From an uncultured Vicinamibacteraceae bacterium (lineage in GTDB: Bacteria; Acidobacteriota; Vicinamibacteria; Vicinamibacterales; UBA8438): a stretch of DNA of 64,000 nucleotides. Below, in pieces: positions 47,621 to 58,870 of this stretch. Position numbers and translations under genes: made by a program. The stretch spans positions 1,329 through 65,328 of the forward strand of contig CAYFER010000012.1 of NCBI GenBank assembly GCA_964342185.1, written 5' to 3'. Position 1 is the first letter of the stretch. Each line of letters starts with the position of its first letter. The notes beneath the pieces were generated by a model. The model was not told the origin of the DNA. It made no database searches and saw nothing but the letters and a program-made list of their open reading frames with translations.

Positions 47621-48403
47621 ATGACATTCGAAACTTTACGTGTAGAGCAAAGTAATGGAGTCGCCACGGTTACCGTCAATCGTGAGCAGGTACTAAATGC
47701 CATAAACAGGGCTACGCTCCAAGACCTGGGCGACTGTTTTGCCAATCTCGAGTCTGACATTTCTGTCCGAGTCGTTGTACTAACGGGTGCCGGCAACCGT
47801 GCCTTTATCGCTGGCGCCGACATTTCAGAGCTGGCCGAGATGACGCCGACTTCTGGTCATGCAATCGCTAGACGAGGACAGGAACTTTGCGAGAGGATCG
47901 AACGATCCAGGGTGCCATTCATCGCCGCGGTGAACGGGTTTGCTTTGGGGGGTGGACTCGAGTTGGCCATGGCATGCACTTTCCGTGTAGCGGTTGATAC
48001 GGCTACATTTGGCCAACCGGAAGTGAATCTCGGTCTCATTCCTGGGTTTGGAGGGACACAGCGATTGCCAAGATTAATTGGTCCAGGGCGGGCTCTCGAA
48101 ATGTTGCTGACGGGAAAGTCAATTGATGCTGGTGATGCGGGACGACTTGGGTTGGTGAATAAAGTTGTTCCGGCTGAAAAGTTCGTAAATGAAGTGGAGG
48201 ACTTTGCACGGCTTTTAGCAGACAAACCGCCGATGGCTGTGAAATACATCTTGGAAGCGGTTCGTACCGGTATCCAGATTCCATTGCCGGATGCCTGTGA
48301 ACTGGAGGCAACCTTATTCGGACTTGTGGCGGCAACAGAAGATATGCGAGAGGGAACCCAGGCGTTTCTCGAGAAGCGCGCTGCTGTGTTCAAAGGCCAG
48401 TGA
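47621..48403 (+). CDS. Enoyl-CoA hydratase (crotonase family)
   Basis: AFIAGADI, VNGFALGGGLELAMAC, FGQPEVNLGLIPGFGGTQRLPRLIG (both catalytic Glu residues present). Confidence 0.93.
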   Translation: MTFETLRVEQSNGVATVTVNREQVLNAINRATLQDLGDCFANLESDISVRVVVLTGAGNRAFIAGADISELAEMTPTSGHAIARRGQELCERIERSRVPFIAAVNGFALGGGLELAMACTFRVAVDTATFGQPEVNLGLIPGFGGTQRLPRLIGPGRALEMLLTGKSIDAGDAGRLGLVNKVVPAEKFVNEVEDFARLLADKPPMAVKYILEAVRTGIQIPLPDACELEATLFGLVAATEDMREGTQAFLEKRAAVFKGQ

Positions 48404-48888
48404 AAGATACTGTAACGATTGATGGAGCTGGAGATGCCACTGGGCTGAGAGTTGGCATAGTGATGTCTGTTTATCACGAATCCGTGACCGAGTCATTGAG
48501 ACAGGGGGCAATCGATGCGCTAGTTAGCGCCGGAGCGGGCAGCGATGAAATTGTCGTTATTCGCGTTCCCGGTGCATTTGAGGTGCCTCTGGCTGCTCGA
48601 AGGGCTGCTGAAAGTGGAAAGTTCGATGCGCTTGTTTGTGTCGGTTGCATTATTCGTGGAGAAACTCCACATTTTGATTATCTCGCGTCGGCTGTGGCTA
48701 ACGGGATCAGCTTGGCTGCTCAAGAAACCGGCGTGCCAATTGCTTTTGGAGTTTTGACCACTAATTCGCATGAAGAAGCTGTTGAACGGGCAGGCGTTGG
48801 GAACGACAACAAAGGCTGGGAAGCGGCGATGGCGGCGGTGCAACTGGCCAATGTGCTCCAAGGATTGACGCGAGACAATGGTCACTGA
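48400..48888 (+). CDS. ribH: 6,7-dimethyl-8-ribityllumazine synthase
   Basis: VPGAFEVP, GCIIRGETPHFDY, FGVLT, NKGWEAA. Confidence 0.96.
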   Translation: MKDTVTIDGAGDATGLRVGIVMSVYHESVTESLRQGAIDALVSAGAGSDEIVVIRVPGAFEVPLAARRAAESGKFDALVCVGCIIRGETPHFDYLASAVANGISLAAQETGVPIAFGVLTTNSHEEAVERAGVGNDNKGWEAAMAAVQLANVLQGLTRDNGH

Positions 48889-49330
48889 CCCGAGTTGGGT
48901 CGAACGTCATCGAGGGCGCGAGGCGGCATTGCAGCTGTTGTACCAGTGGGAGGTTGGGGGCCTTGACCAGACTGGATTAAATGAGTCGATTGAATATTAT
49001 TGGTTGGTTCATCCGGCTCCTGAGCCGCGCCGAAAGTTCGCAGAGAGTTTAGTAGCCGGCACAACTACTCACGTCGACGAAATTGACCCGTTCCTCGAAG
49101 GAAATACGGACAATTGGCGGCTTTCACGATTGGCTGTCGTGGACCGTCTTATCATGCGTATGGCTGTGTATGAACTAGTCTATTCTGGGACACCAGCACC
49201 GGTAGTGATCGACGAGGCTATCGAATTGGCGAGAACTTACGGAGGAGAACAAGCAGTGCCATTCGTTAATGGCGTTTTGGATAGTATCAATCGGAGTCTT
49301 AAAGATCAGCGTAACGTGAGCGAAAAATGA
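48878..49330 (+). CDS. nusB: Transcription antitermination factor NusB
   Basis: REAALQLLYQ, NWRLSRL..VDR, VVIDEAIELARTYG, FVNGVLD; ribH-nusB order. Confidence 0.96.
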   Translation: MVTDPSWVERHRGREAALQLLYQWEVGGLDQTGLNESIEYYWLVHPAPEPRRKFAESLVAGTTTHVDEIDPFLEGNTDNWRLSRLAVVDRLIMRMAVYELVYSGTPAPVVIDEAIELARTYGGEQAVPFVNGVLDSINRSLKDQRNVSEK

Positions 49331-50865
49331 GTGACGACCGCGAGACAGACCAATTACGGCAGCGGCGCGAGAACCTTAGAGAGTTACGTCGGTTGGGTGT
49401 CGATGTTTACCCAAGGTCTTTTGACGCGACCGCGACGGTTTCTGAGCTTATTGAGCAACATGCTGACACCGATAAGGACACTCTGGAGCTTGATGAAATA
49501 CAAACAGCAGTGGCAGGTCGGATTGTGGCGATTCGAAGTTTCGGGAAAGCTAATTTCTTGGTTATTTCAGATGGGCGCTCTCGTATTCAGATTTATATCC
49601 GACAAGACTCGATATCAGAACGGGACTTCTCAGTATTTGAATTACTTGATTTTGGTGACATTGTCGGTGTTACGGGACGACTCTTCAGGACCCGAACCAA
49701 CGAGTTGACAGTTTGGGCGAACACGGTTGTTTTTCTCTCTAAATGTTTAGTTCCTTTGCCTGAGAAATGGCATGGTTTGACGGATGTCGAGACACGCTAC
49801 CGACAACGTTACCTCGATCTAATTGTAAGTCCTGAAACTAGGAGAGTGTTTGAGATTCGCAGTCATATTCTGAGTGCCATTCGTGGTTTTCTTGATGGAC
49901 GCGGTTATCTGGAAGTAGAAACGCCGATGATGCAGTCGTTGGCTGGAGGGGCAGTGGCTAGGCCATTTGTGACTCATCACAATGCTCATGACATGAAAAT
50001 GTATTTGAGGATTGCCCCTGAACTGTATCTAAAGCGGCTCGTAGTCGGTGGCATTGAACGTGTGTACGAAATCAATCGAAACTTTAGGAATGAAGGTATT
50101 TCGACACAGCACAATCCTGAATTTACCATGGTGGAGTTTTACGAGTCCTATAGTGACTACAAGGCTCTGATGTGTCGTACCGAAGAACTGTTGACCAATG
50201 TTATTCGAGAAGTTATTGGCGACGGTAAGCATGAGTGTGCTTTTGGTGAGTTTAAGATTTCTTTTTCTGTGCCGTTTGCCCGTTTGTCTTTGAGAGAGGC
50301 TGTGTGTTCAGTGGCGACTGATCGTTTAGGGGAAGTCGTGTCTGAGGGCGATCTTAGAGTTCTCGATTCTGTTCGGGAGATTGCCCGTCGACTTGAGGTT
50401 GAGGTATCAGGAACCGCTGGTGCTGGCAAGATAACCATGGAGTTGTTTGAATCATTATGTGAGGAACAACTTATTCAACCTACGTTTGTTTATGATTTTC
50501 CGACAGAAGTGTCTCCGCTCTCTAAGCAGCGACCCGATGATCGTGAGACTGTTGAGCGGTTTGAACTCTATATTGGCGGAATGGAAATTGCGAATGCTTT
50601 CAGCGAGCTTAACGATCCTACCGAACAACGTCGTAGGTTCGAAATCCAGCAGGAAGCACGTCGGCAGGGGAACCTTGAGGCCCATGCTATCGATGAAGAG
50701 TATTTACGGGCACTAGAATATGGGTTACCACCAGTCGCTGGAGAAGGAATTGGAGTAGATCGGCTGGTGATGCTCTTGACCGACAGTCCTTCGATAAGAG
50801 ATGTGATTCTCTTTCCCCTGATGCGTCCAGTCGGAGACGCACCAAGCGAAATCGTAGACGACTGA
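49327..50865 (+). CDS. lysS: Lysine--tRNA ligase (class II)
   Basis: RYRQRYLDL, LEVETPM, LRIAPELYLKRL, FRNEG, HNPEFT, EIANAFSELND, GIGVDRLVM. Confidence 0.98.
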   Translation: MSDDRETDQLRQRRENLRELRRLGVDVYPRSFDATATVSELIEQHADTDKDTLELDEIQTAVAGRIVAIRSFGKANFLVISDGRSRIQIYIRQDSISERDFSVFELLDFGDIVGVTGRLFRTRTNELTVWANTVVFLSKCLVPLPEKWHGLTDVETRYRQRYLDLIVSPETRRVFEIRSHILSAIRGFLDGRGYLEVETPMMQSLAGGAVARPFVTHHNAHDMKMYLRIAPELYLKRLVVGGIERVYEINRNFRNEGISTQHNPEFTMVEFYESYSDYKALMCRTEELLTNVIREVIGDGKHECAFGEFKISFSVPFARLSLREAVCSVATDRLGEVVSEGDLRVLDSVREIARRLEVEVSGTAGAGKITMELFESLCEEQLIQPTFVYDFPTEVSPLSKQRPDDRETVERFELYIGGMEIANAFSELNDPTEQRRRFEIQQEARRQGNLEAHAIDEEYLRALEYGLPPVAGEGIGVDRLVMLLTDSPSIRDVILFPLMRPVGDAPSEIVDD

Positions 50866-50879
50866 AACTTTGGACTAAG

Positions 50880-52115
50880 ATGTTTGTATCGTTTGAGGTC
50901 TACGTCGCTACGCGCTACCTGATCGCTCGCAGAAAACAAGCCTTTATCTCTCTTATTTCAGTTATTTCGACCCTTGGTGTCACATTGGGTGTCTTAGCAC
51001 TTGTGGTGGCGGTAGCGTTAATGACTGGTCTACAGAGAGAACTTCGTGATCGAATTGTCGGGTCAGCTGCGCATGTTTACGTTTGGAAGGTGGCCGAGGG
51101 AGGGTATCAGGATTACCGCGCGGAGGCAGCGCTGATGAGTACAGTGCCACACGTGGTCTCGTCTGCGCCGTCCATAATCGGTAAAGCATTGGCTAGAACT
51201 CGGAGTGGAGAAGCTTTCATAACCGTCAAAGGAGTCGATCCGGAATTAGAGAAAGAAGTTACTGAGGTCGCTCAAGCGGTTTACGAAGGCAGTTTTTTTG
51301 ACCGGAACATTATCGATGACCCTCTGCTAGATGGAGTGGTGATTGGTGAGGGTGTTGCCGAGAATTTGGGAGTTTCTGTGGGAGGGGAAATCACTCTTGT
51401 GACACCGAATGGCACACTGTCGCCGATGGGAATGATTTCGAGACCACGCCGACTTCAAGTAATTGGAATATTTAGTTTAGGGCTTTACGAGTATGACAAT
51501 GCTTATGGATTTGTGACCTTGGACTCAGCAAAGCGACTTCTAGCTAAGGATCAAGTCCAGATGATGGAGCTTCGTGTCGACGATATCTATATGTCACGAC
51601 AGGTGGCGGCCGCAGTCGAAGACAATTTGGGAGATTCATACCTGACGTTGGACTGGTCTGAGATGAACGAGTCGCTGTTTTCGGCCCTCTGGCTCGAAAA
51701 GATAGCCATTTCTATCACTATTGGACTCATTGTTATGGTGGCAGCTTTGAATATAGTTGCTTCTCTCGTTTTACTCGTAATGGAGAAGAGTCGAGATATT
51801 GCTATTTTGAAGACTATGGGAGCTGGACGCAGCAGCATTATGAAAATTTTTATGCTGCAAGGTTTGATTATCGGTTCGGTGGGTACGACTATCGGCGCTG
51901 TAGCGGGTTACGTGCTCTCAACTATACTGGACCGCTATCGTCTGATTCGCCTTGATATGGAGGTTTACCAGATTCCATACCTGCCGTTTACAATCGAGTT
52001 AACTGACTTTTTTTTGATCATCGTGGCGGCTCTCCTAATCTGTTTTCTTGCGACGATATATCCATCTCAGCAGGCTTCAAAGTTAGATCCGGCCGAGGCA
52101 TTGAGATATCAATGA
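50880..52115 (+). CDS. Lipoprotein-releasing ABC transporter permease (LolC/E family)
   Basis: FISLIS..GVTLGV.ALVV, MTGLQ, VAALNIVASL, EKSRDIAILKTMGA, IYPSQQASKLDPAEALRY. Confidence 0.93.
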   Translation: MFVSFEVYVATRYLIARRKQAFISLISVISTLGVTLGVLALVVAVALMTGLQRELRDRIVGSAAHVYVWKVAEGGYQDYRAEAALMSTVPHVVSSAPSIIGKALARTRSGEAFITVKGVDPELEKEVTEVAQAVYEGSFFDRNIIDDPLLDGVVIGEGVAENLGVSVGGEITLVTPNGTLSPMGMISRPRRLQVIGIFSLGLYEYDNAYGFVTLDSAKRLLAKDQVQMMELRVDDIYMSRQVAAAVEDNLGDSYLTLDWSEMNESLFSALWLEKIAISITIGLIVMVAALNIVASLVLLVMEKSRDIAILKTMGAGRSSIMKIFMLQGLIIGSVGTTIGAVAGYVLSTILDRYRLIRLDMEVYQIPYLPFTIELTDFFLIIVAALLICFLATIYPSQQASKLDPAEALRYQ

Positions 52116-52121
52116 TTACCC

Positions 52122-52796
52122 ATGCCTTTTCTTGAAGTTACTGGTCTTCGAAAATCTTATGAAGTTCGCGACGAGTCTCTTGTGGTGCTTCGGGATGTTA
52201 ATTTGTCAGTTAATCTCGGGGAAATGGTGGCCGTTATGGGGGCTTCGGGAGTTGGAAAAAGCACCCTACTGCATGTGATTGGTGGTCTTGACAGGATTGA
52301 CAACGGCCGCATCATTTTCGGTGACACCGAGGTTAGTAGTTTGGCTGATTCAAACTTGGTCGCTTTTAGAAATCGCCATGTTGGATTTGTATTTCAGTTT
52401 CACCATCTCTTGCCAGAATTTAGTGCACTGGAGAATGTTGAGATGCCCCTGCGTATCGGTAGGTTGCCTATAGCCGACGGGAATCTTCGAGCACGGGAAT
52501 TGCTTGAACGGGTTGGTTTGGGTGCACGTATGTCGCATCGCCCAGGGATGTTATCGGGGGGTGAGCAACAACGTGTTGCAGTAGCTCGTGCCCTGATCAT
52601 GCAGCCGTCCTTATTACTAGCGGATGAACCGACTGGTGACCTTGATGAAAAGACAGCGGAGTCACTTAACGTCTTAATTCACGACATGCATCGAGAATAC
52701 GGATTAACGTCGCTGATCGCGACACATAATCCAAAGCTCGCCGAATCGTGCGACCGTGTGTTACGGCTGGAAGAGGGCATGCTGAAGGCGGAATGA
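52122..52796 (+). CDS. lolD: Lipoprotein-releasing ABC transporter ATP-binding protein
   Basis: [44 protein letters not shown]. Confidence 0.92.
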   Translation: MPFLEVTGLRKSYEVRDESLVVLRDVNLSVNLGEMVAVMGASGVGKSTLLHVIGGLDRIDNGRIIFGDTEVSSLADSNLVAFRNRHVGFVFQFHHLLPEFSALENVEMPLRIGRLPIADGNLRARELLERVGLGARMSHRPGMLSGGEQQRVAVARALIMQPSLLLADEPTGDLDEKTAESLNVLIHDMHREYGLTSLIATHNPKLAESCDRVLRLEEGMLKAE

Positions 52797-52857
52797 GCAT
52801 GTTAGAGTTCGAACCTGAAAAGCTTCTAACTTATTGACCAGTGGCGGGAAGCAGGTT

Positions 52858-52885
52858 TTGCCTGGCTATCCGTTTCCCATATAAT
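52858..52885 (+). promoter_or_regulatory. Candidate sigma70 promoter for clpC
   Basis: TTGCCT (52858-63), 16-nt spacer, perfect TATAAT (52880-85), about 50 nt before the ATG. Confidence 0.55.
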
Positions 52886-52935
52886 CCGATTGGTCGCTTG
52901 ATCTATCGTTTCGAGGCGGAGACGGGTGGTGGGCA

Positions 52936-55371
52936 ATGTTTGAACGATACACGGAGAGGGCCAGGCGTGTATTGTTTTTCGCGCGTTACGAGGCCAGTCA
53001 ACTTGGTAGCATCTCAATTGAGACTGAACACTTACTGCTGGGATTAATTCGAGAAGGCAAGGGTCTAACCAGTAGGCTTTTCTCTCGGTCGCATATCTCT
53101 CTCGAAAGTATTCGGAAGGAAATTGAAGGGCGAACCATCTTTCGAGAAAAGGTTTCGACGTCAGTGGAAATTCCTTTCAGTACTGAGACAAAACGGGTTC
53201 TTCAGCAGGCGTCTGAAGAGGCTGATCGCCTTTTACACAATTACATCGGAACTGAACATCTTTTGTTGGGGTTACTGCGTGAGGAGCGTTCGGTCGCGTC
53301 GTCTATTCTCTCGGAGAAAGGGATGAGGCTCAATTCAGTTAGGGAGGACATTGTCCAACTACTGAACGAGAAGACTACGCTGTCTCGGGTTAAAGAGACT
53401 CCCCTTCTTGCCGAATTTAGTAGAGATCTGAGTGATTCGGCAATGAAGAATAAACTCGACCCACTTGTTGGTCGCACCGTCGAGTTAGAACGGGTGCAGC
53501 AGGTGTTATGCCGACGAACGAAGAACAACGCCGTGCTGATAGGTGAACCTGGTGTTGGCAAGACTGCGATCGTTGAGGGGTTGGCACAGCGTGTAGCCTG
53601 CGGAGACGTTCCTCACTTTCTTGCGGATAAAAGAATTTTGGCGTTAGACATTTCTTTAATCGTTGCTGGCACGAAGTATCGTGGCCAATTTGAGGAACGA
53701 TTGAAGGCGATAATGAAGGAGTTGGCCGAAAGTCCAAACATAATTGTTTTTATTGATGAACTGCACACTCTAGTGGGTGCAGGTTCCGCGGAAGGTTCGC
53801 TCGATGCCGCGAATATTTTAAAGCCAGCTCTTTCGAGAGGAGAGATTCGTTGTATCGGCGCAACAACCCCAGCGGAATATCGTAAGTACATCGAAAAGGA
53901 CCGCTCTTTGGAGCGACGCTTTCAAGCAGTCGCGGTGGAGCCGCCAACTGAATCTGAAACATTACAGATTCTCGATGGGGTCAAGGACAAGTATGAGACA
54001 TTTCACCATGTGAAGTACACGGCCGAAGCGATGCACGCTGCTGTGTTTCAGTCGAGCCGCTACATTACTGATCGTTTTTTACCAGACAAAGCGATTGATT
54101 TAGTTGATGAAGCCGGGGCGAGAGCCAAACTTCGAGAGGCAGGATGTAGCGAAGAGTTTAGTGAAATCAATAAGAGTATTCGTGTTGCTGTTGAACAAAT
54201 GGAAAATGCCACAGCTCAGAAGGATTACGAGCGGGCCCAATTTTTTCGAGAGCAAGAGGCGCTTGCGCGGGAGAATTTACAGTTTGTAAGAGAAAAATTT
54301 GACGTTAGTTCTGGGATTCACAATGTCGAGGTCGAGAAATCTGACATTGATGAAGTCGTTTCAAAGTGGACGGGCGTTCCAGCGACGTCTCTGAATCAAG
54401 ACGAGAGCATTAAGCTGTTAAATATGGAGACAGAGCTACATGCTCGAGTAATTAGTCAAGACAAGGCGGTCTCAGCATTGGCGCGAGCGATTCGACGTTC
54501 TCGCTCAGGGATTAAATCACCGGATAGGCCCGTTGGAAGTTTTGTGTTTCTTGGTCCGACCGGTGTCGGGAAGACGGAACTCGCGCGGGCGTTGACGACT
54601 TTTCTCTTCGGAAGTGACAAGGCATTGATACGTTTTGACATGTCCGAATATATGGAAAAGCATTCGGTTTCGAAATTGATAGGTTCGCCACCGGGATATG
54701 TTGGACATGAAGAAGGTGGTCAATTAACCGAAAAGGTAAAACGTCACCCATATTCGGTCGTATTGCTTGATGAGGTCGAAAAGGCTCATCCTGATCTATT
54801 TAATATCCTGCTACAAGTGTTCGAAGACGGTCATTTGACCGATGGATTAGGTAACAGGATTAATTTTAAGAACACGATAGTTATTATGACCTCGAACATT
54901 GGCGCTCGATATATTGAAAAAAAGGCGGGTATGGGCTTTCAATCGAGGGATATTCAGGATGTTCAACGGAGTGTTTCGGAGATGGTGTTGGGGGAAGTGA
55001 AGCGAACGTTCAATCCCGAGTTCATAAATCGAGTAGACGAAATTATCGTTTTTGAGGCATTGTCAGATGAGGATCTTCGTAAGATTACAAGGACTTTGGT
55101 TGTGCAACTTAACGAAAACTTGTCGAATCGAGGGATTCGGATATCGGTAGTCGAGGAAGTTGTCGATTGGATTGTGGGAGTGACATGCCAAGATCGTTCC
55201 TATGGAGCGCGTCCGTTGCGTCGGGCTATTCAACGTTATGTTGAGGATCCCTTGTCAGACGAGCTTATCCGTGGCAATCTCGAAAGTGGCGATATTGAGA
55301 TTTATCTCGAAAATGGGACAATCGCTTATCGGATGGTCGGAGAGACCGTTGAGGGGCATAAACTGGCTTGA
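52936..55371 (+). CDS. clpC: ATP-dependent Clp protease ATP-binding subunit, ClpC type
   Basis: Double Clp-N repeat, two AAA+ modules ([16 protein letters not shown]), short UVR coiled coil and ClpP-binding MGF loop. Confidence 0.93.
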   Translation: MFERYTERARRVLFFARYEASQLGSISIETEHLLLGLIREGKGLTSRLFSRSHISLESIRKEIEGRTIFREKVSTSVEIPFSTETKRVLQQASEEADRLLHNYIGTEHLLLGLLREERSVASSILSEKGMRLNSVREDIVQLLNEKTTLSRVKETPLLAEFSRDLSDSAMKNKLDPLVGRTVELERVQQVLCRRTKNNAVLIGEPGVGKTAIVEGLAQRVACGDVPHFLADKRILALDISLIVAGTKYRGQFEERLKAIMKELAESPNIIVFIDELHTLVGAGSAEGSLDAANILKPALSRGEIRCIGATTPAEYRKYIEKDRSLERRFQAVAVEPPTESETLQILDGVKDKYETFHHVKYTAEAMHAAVFQSSRYITDRFLPDKAIDLVDEAGARAKLREAGCSEEFSEINKSIRVAVEQMENATAQKDYERAQFFREQEALARENLQFVREKFDVSSGIHNVEVEKSDIDEVVSKWTGVPATSLNQDESIKLLNMETELHARVISQDKAVSALARAIRRSRSGIKSPDRPVGSFVFLGPTGVGKTELARALTTFLFGSDKALIRFDMSEYMEKHSVSKLIGSPPGYVGHEEGGQLTEKVKRHPYSVVLLDEVEKAHPDLFNILLQVFEDGHLTDGLGNRINFKNTIVIMTSNIGARYIEKKAGMGFQSRDIQDVQRSVSEMVLGEVKRTFNPEFINRVDEIIVFEALSDEDLRKITRTLVVQLNENLSNRGIRISVVEEVVDWIVGVTCQDRSYGARPLRRAIQRYVEDPLSDELIRGNLESGDIEIYLENGTIAYRMVGETVEGHKLA

Positions 55372-55431
55372 GACGGCCAAGATTTCGTAGACTGCAATAT
55401 TACGATGCTACTAAATGGAATTGACTAAAGT

Positions 55432-58107
55432 ATGAGGCTCAAAAATTTTATCGGCTTTTGTTTGGTTGCGCTGACGGCGACGTCTGGATTACCAGCGTTT
55501 GCTGAAGAGTCGTCAGCTAACGAACCACTGGTAGAGACGGCTGAGCTAGGGCAGTCGGCCAATTTGCCACCTGATGATTCCGGCCCCTTGGTTCGAACCG
55601 TTGAGCTCAACTTTGACTCGCAGGGAGGAGCATCCAGCGTTGACCTTGAGACTTACCTCTACTACATGGAGATCACCAATCACATAAGTGCTCCAAGCCA
55701 AGGTAGATGGGTGCCGTATACAAATGAAGTTGAGCAGGTCTTAATTGATGATTTTAGAAGGCTTTGGGATACCGGTTTTCTCGACGACCTGTCGATTGAT
55801 GTCTTTGATGAGCCCTATAGTAACGGTGTTGTTGGGAAACACATTACTTTTCGTTTTGAGGAGCGCGCCCGCGTCAAACTCTATACGTTTGAAGGATCTG
55901 AGGAGCTGGATCGAACTGATATCGATACGGCTATGACGGACAATGGATTGTCTATTCGCCTGGACGCGTTTCTTGATCAGAGAATGATTCAGCAAATTGA
56001 GGCGCTCCTGCGTACCATGTTCTCTGCCGAAGGTTATCCCTTCGCTGAAGTGAGCCACGAATTGAGTGACCTTCCAGGTGGCCCTAAGGTGGTTCAACTC
56101 ACCTTTAACATGAGTGAAGGCGCCAAGGTACATATTGAGGAAATTGACTTTGTTGGAAATGAAGATGTGAGTGACGGTGAGTTAAAGAGTCAGATGGAAC
56201 AGATTAAGGAGCGCTGGTGGCTTTCCTGGATGACCGGGCGTGGTACGTATAAAGAAGCGTTATTTGAAGAGGATGCTGATCGCATCGTAGCTCACTATCT
56301 GGAACGCGGTTACATTGACGCGAGGGTGGGTTCGCCCCAGACGGATTATCTGGAGCTATCTGAAGACGGTAAATCCCGTGGTATGCGCCTTCGAATTCCG
56401 GTCAACGAAGGTGAGCGGTATCGCATTGGCGACCTGCGCTTTGATGGAAACGAGCTTCTGACTGACTTTGGCGTCAACCAGATCTTCGAGGAGGTAGAAG
56501 AGGGAGATTACTACAGCCAGAGAGAGGTCGTCGAAGCGATCGAGGCGGCGCGGGAAGCGTACGGGAGTCGAGGCTATACAGAATTCACAGCATTTCCGGA
56601 CTTGCAACGACGGACATCGACGGAATATGCGGTGGGAGCTGATGTGGAGACCGTGCCGTCTGATTCGGGAGAAGAAAGTGAGGCTGGCCAGACGCCACCA
56701 GAGGATCCGTACGCGCATCTGCAGCGACCAACTCATTTGGATGGAGATCCGATTGTCGATGTGACGATGCGGATGGAGGAGGGAGAGCAGCAGTTCGTTA
56801 ATCGCATTACATTTGTTGGTAATGAGAGCACTCATGATGAGGTGATTCGTCGTGAGGTTCAGTTGCTGGAGAATGGCGTCTTTAATACGTCGGCGCTCCA
56901 GAATAGTATCCGTCGCTTGAATCAGTTGGGATACTTTGAGCCAGTAGACGAATCAGCTGTAGAAATCGTCAACGTAGAAGGAGAGGAAAACGAGGTCGAT
57001 CTAAACGTACAGCTTATCGAGACCAATTTAAATCAACTGACTTTTGGTGCCGGCGTCTCACAGTTTGATGGTCTGTTTGCCCAATTGTCGTTTGCTACGA
57101 CCAACTTTCTTGGTCGAGGTGAGACGCTGTCGGTTGGGTTTCAGAATGGGTCACGGCTGCGCAACATCAATCTTGGGTACAGCAAACCGTACATGTTTGG
57201 CAAGAACATATCTGCTGGTGCCAACGTATTCTCCCGCAAAGTGGAATGGATTGGGGCGTATGCCGAGGATTCGTATGGGGGCAGTGTCACCTTCGGGCGG
57301 CCCCTCGCAATTTTCACTCGGGGCTTTCTGACGTATAGCTACGAAGCCACTTCGGTTGGGGACGTGAATCCAGCACTAATGAAGGACCCAAACATTTGGG
57401 CGATGAACCCGTTTTTTGCGGATAGTTTAATGTTGAGCACGCAGGGACGGCGCATAGTGAGCAAGATTGCGCCATCACTCCGTCATAACACTGTGGATCA
57501 TCCGATTTTTCCATTTTCTGGAAACAGTTACACCGCGACAATGGAGTTCGCAGGGCTTGGTGGCAGCACGTCGTTCTATAAGCCGATTCTGGAAGGGGTT
57601 TGGTATCTCCCGCAATCGTCACGTACGATTATCGGGATTCGTACCCAATATCAGCATATCGTTTCAGGTGAACCGGATACGATTCCTATTTTTGAGCGGC
57701 TCTGGCTTGGTGGAGAGTTCTCCATGCGCGGCTTCGACATCAGGCGTGTCGGACCTACAGTGGCTGATATAGATCCTAGTGTTGACCCAGACAGCTATCA
57801 GGGCAAGATGATTATGGGGGGCAATAAGAGTCTATTGTTTAATGGTGAATTCCAGATCGTGGTTGCGCAACCGGTTAGGATTGTGTTTTTCTACGATGCG
57901 GGCCAAGTCCAAGATTTTGGTCAGAGTTTTGCGGTGGATCAATTTAAAACCTCAACAGGAGCAGAACTCCGTTTCTTTATGCCGGTACTTAATGTTCCAT
58001 TTCGATTGATTTATGCATGGAATCCACAGCGAGAAGGAATTTATAACGATCGATTCGAGATTCAAGAAGAATCTGTATTCCGTTTTGCGATAGGGACTAC
58101 GTTTTAG
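55432..58107 (+). CDS. bamA: Outer-membrane protein assembly factor BamA
   Basis: Signal peptide, five POTRA-like repeats, NFLGRGE, GGEFSMRGF (VRGF-like), terminal FAIGTTF. Confidence 0.95.
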   Translation: MRLKNFIGFCLVALTATSGLPAFAEESSANEPLVETAELGQSANLPPDDSGPLVRTVELNFDSQGGASSVDLETYLYYMEITNHISAPSQGRWVPYTNEVEQVLIDDFRRLWDTGFLDDLSIDVFDEPYSNGVVGKHITFRFEERARVKLYTFEGSEELDRTDIDTAMTDNGLSIRLDAFLDQRMIQQIEALLRTMFSAEGYPFAEVSHELSDLPGGPKVVQLTFNMSEGAKVHIEEIDFVGNEDVSDGELKSQMEQIKERWWLSWMTGRGTYKEALFEEDADRIVAHYLERGYIDARVGSPQTDYLELSEDGKSRGMRLRIPVNEGERYRIGDLRFDGNELLTDFGVNQIFEEVEEGDYYSQREVVEAIEAAREAYGSRGYTEFTAFPDLQRRTSTEYAVGADVETVPSDSGEESEAGQTPPEDPYAHLQRPTHLDGDPIVDVTMRMEEGEQQFVNRITFVGNESTHDEVIRREVQLLENGVFNTSALQNSIRRLNQLGYFEPVDESAVEIVNVEGEENEVDLNVQLIETNLNQLTFGAGVSQFDGLFAQLSFATTNFLGRGETLSVGFQNGSRLRNINLGYSKPYMFGKNISAGANVFSRKVEWIGAYAEDSYGGSVTFGRPLAIFTRGFLTYSYEATSVGDVNPALMKDPNIWAMNPFFADSLMLSTQGRRIVSKIAPSLRHNTVDHPIFPFSGNSYTATMEFAGLGGSTSFYKPILEGVWYLPQSSRTIIGIRTQYQHIVSGEPDTIPIFERLWLGGEFSMRGFDIRRVGPTVADIDPSVDPDSYQGKMIMGGNKSLLFNGEFQIVVAQPVRIVFFYDAGQVQDFGQSFAVDQFKTSTGAELRFFMPVLNVPFRLIYAWNPQREGIYNDRFEIQEESVFRFAIGTTF

Positions 58108-58181
58108 TGGGTAAACAGAGAAACATTGACAATCTAGGAAAGCTTGAAGAGTTTAAACGACAAACGAAGAGGTTGGCGCTC

Positions 58182-58784
58182 ATGAGATTTGTAATAACCG
58201 CCACAATCGTAGGACTTGTGGCAGTGACTGGTGGCGTGGCTTTCGAGGCGGAAGCTGGACAGGTGGGAGATAGGCAGTTTGCCTTTATTGATGTTCAGCG
58301 TGTTGCTTCTGAGTCCAATGAGGGACAGGCAGCAAATACTAAAGTTGATGAATTGAGTCAGCAGAAACTGGGTGAGATTGAAGCTGTGAACGCGGAAGGA
58401 CAGGCTGAGATAGACACGCTCAATCAGGATCTACTGGAGGCACAACAGAAACTGCAGCAGGGTCAAAGTGTGATTAGCCAAGAGGCAGCCGCTACACTCC
58501 AGCGTCAGATTGCGCGATTACAGCGAGATGTTGAGCGCACAGGCGCTGATCTGCAGGCTGAAATTCAAAGGATGAGCCAGGATGCTGAGGTGGAAGTGCA
58601 GGAATTGCAACAGCAACTTCAAATGGACTTCGAGAGACGTCTTCTTCCAGCTATTGACCAGATCGCTACGGAAAAAGGGCTTGCTTTTATTTTAAGTGCC
58701 CAGCAGGGATTAGTATGGGCGGACCCGTCGTTGGATCTTTCCCAGGAACTGATTGACCTATTGAATGCTCCAGAAACTCCTTAA
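58182..58784 (+). CDS. skp: Periplasmic chaperone Skp/OmpH
   Basis: Signal peptide from ATG 58182, AFIDVQRV, long Gln/Glu-rich coiled coil, IDQIATEKGLAFIL...DLSQELI; follows bamA. Confidence 0.88.
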   Translation: MRFVITATIVGLVAVTGGVAFEAEAGQVGDRQFAFIDVQRVASESNEGQAANTKVDELSQQKLGEIEAVNAEGQAEIDTLNQDLLEAQQKLQQGQSVISQEAAATLQRQIARLQRDVERTGADLQAEIQRMSQDAEVEVQELQQQLQMDFERRLLPAIDQIATEKGLAFILSAQQGLVWADPSLDLSQELIDLLNAPETP

Positions 58785-58870
58785 AACCTGTCGTGAATCT
58801 AGGTGGCATCTTTAGATTTGCGCAGCTTTTTTGGAGCCCACAGATATATTGAAGCTAGATAGTTGGAACG

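Noticed and set aside
47857-48477. 206-aa antisense ORF opposite the enoyl-CoA hydratase
   Set aside because: Shadow ORF of a conserved gene, with no independent motif.
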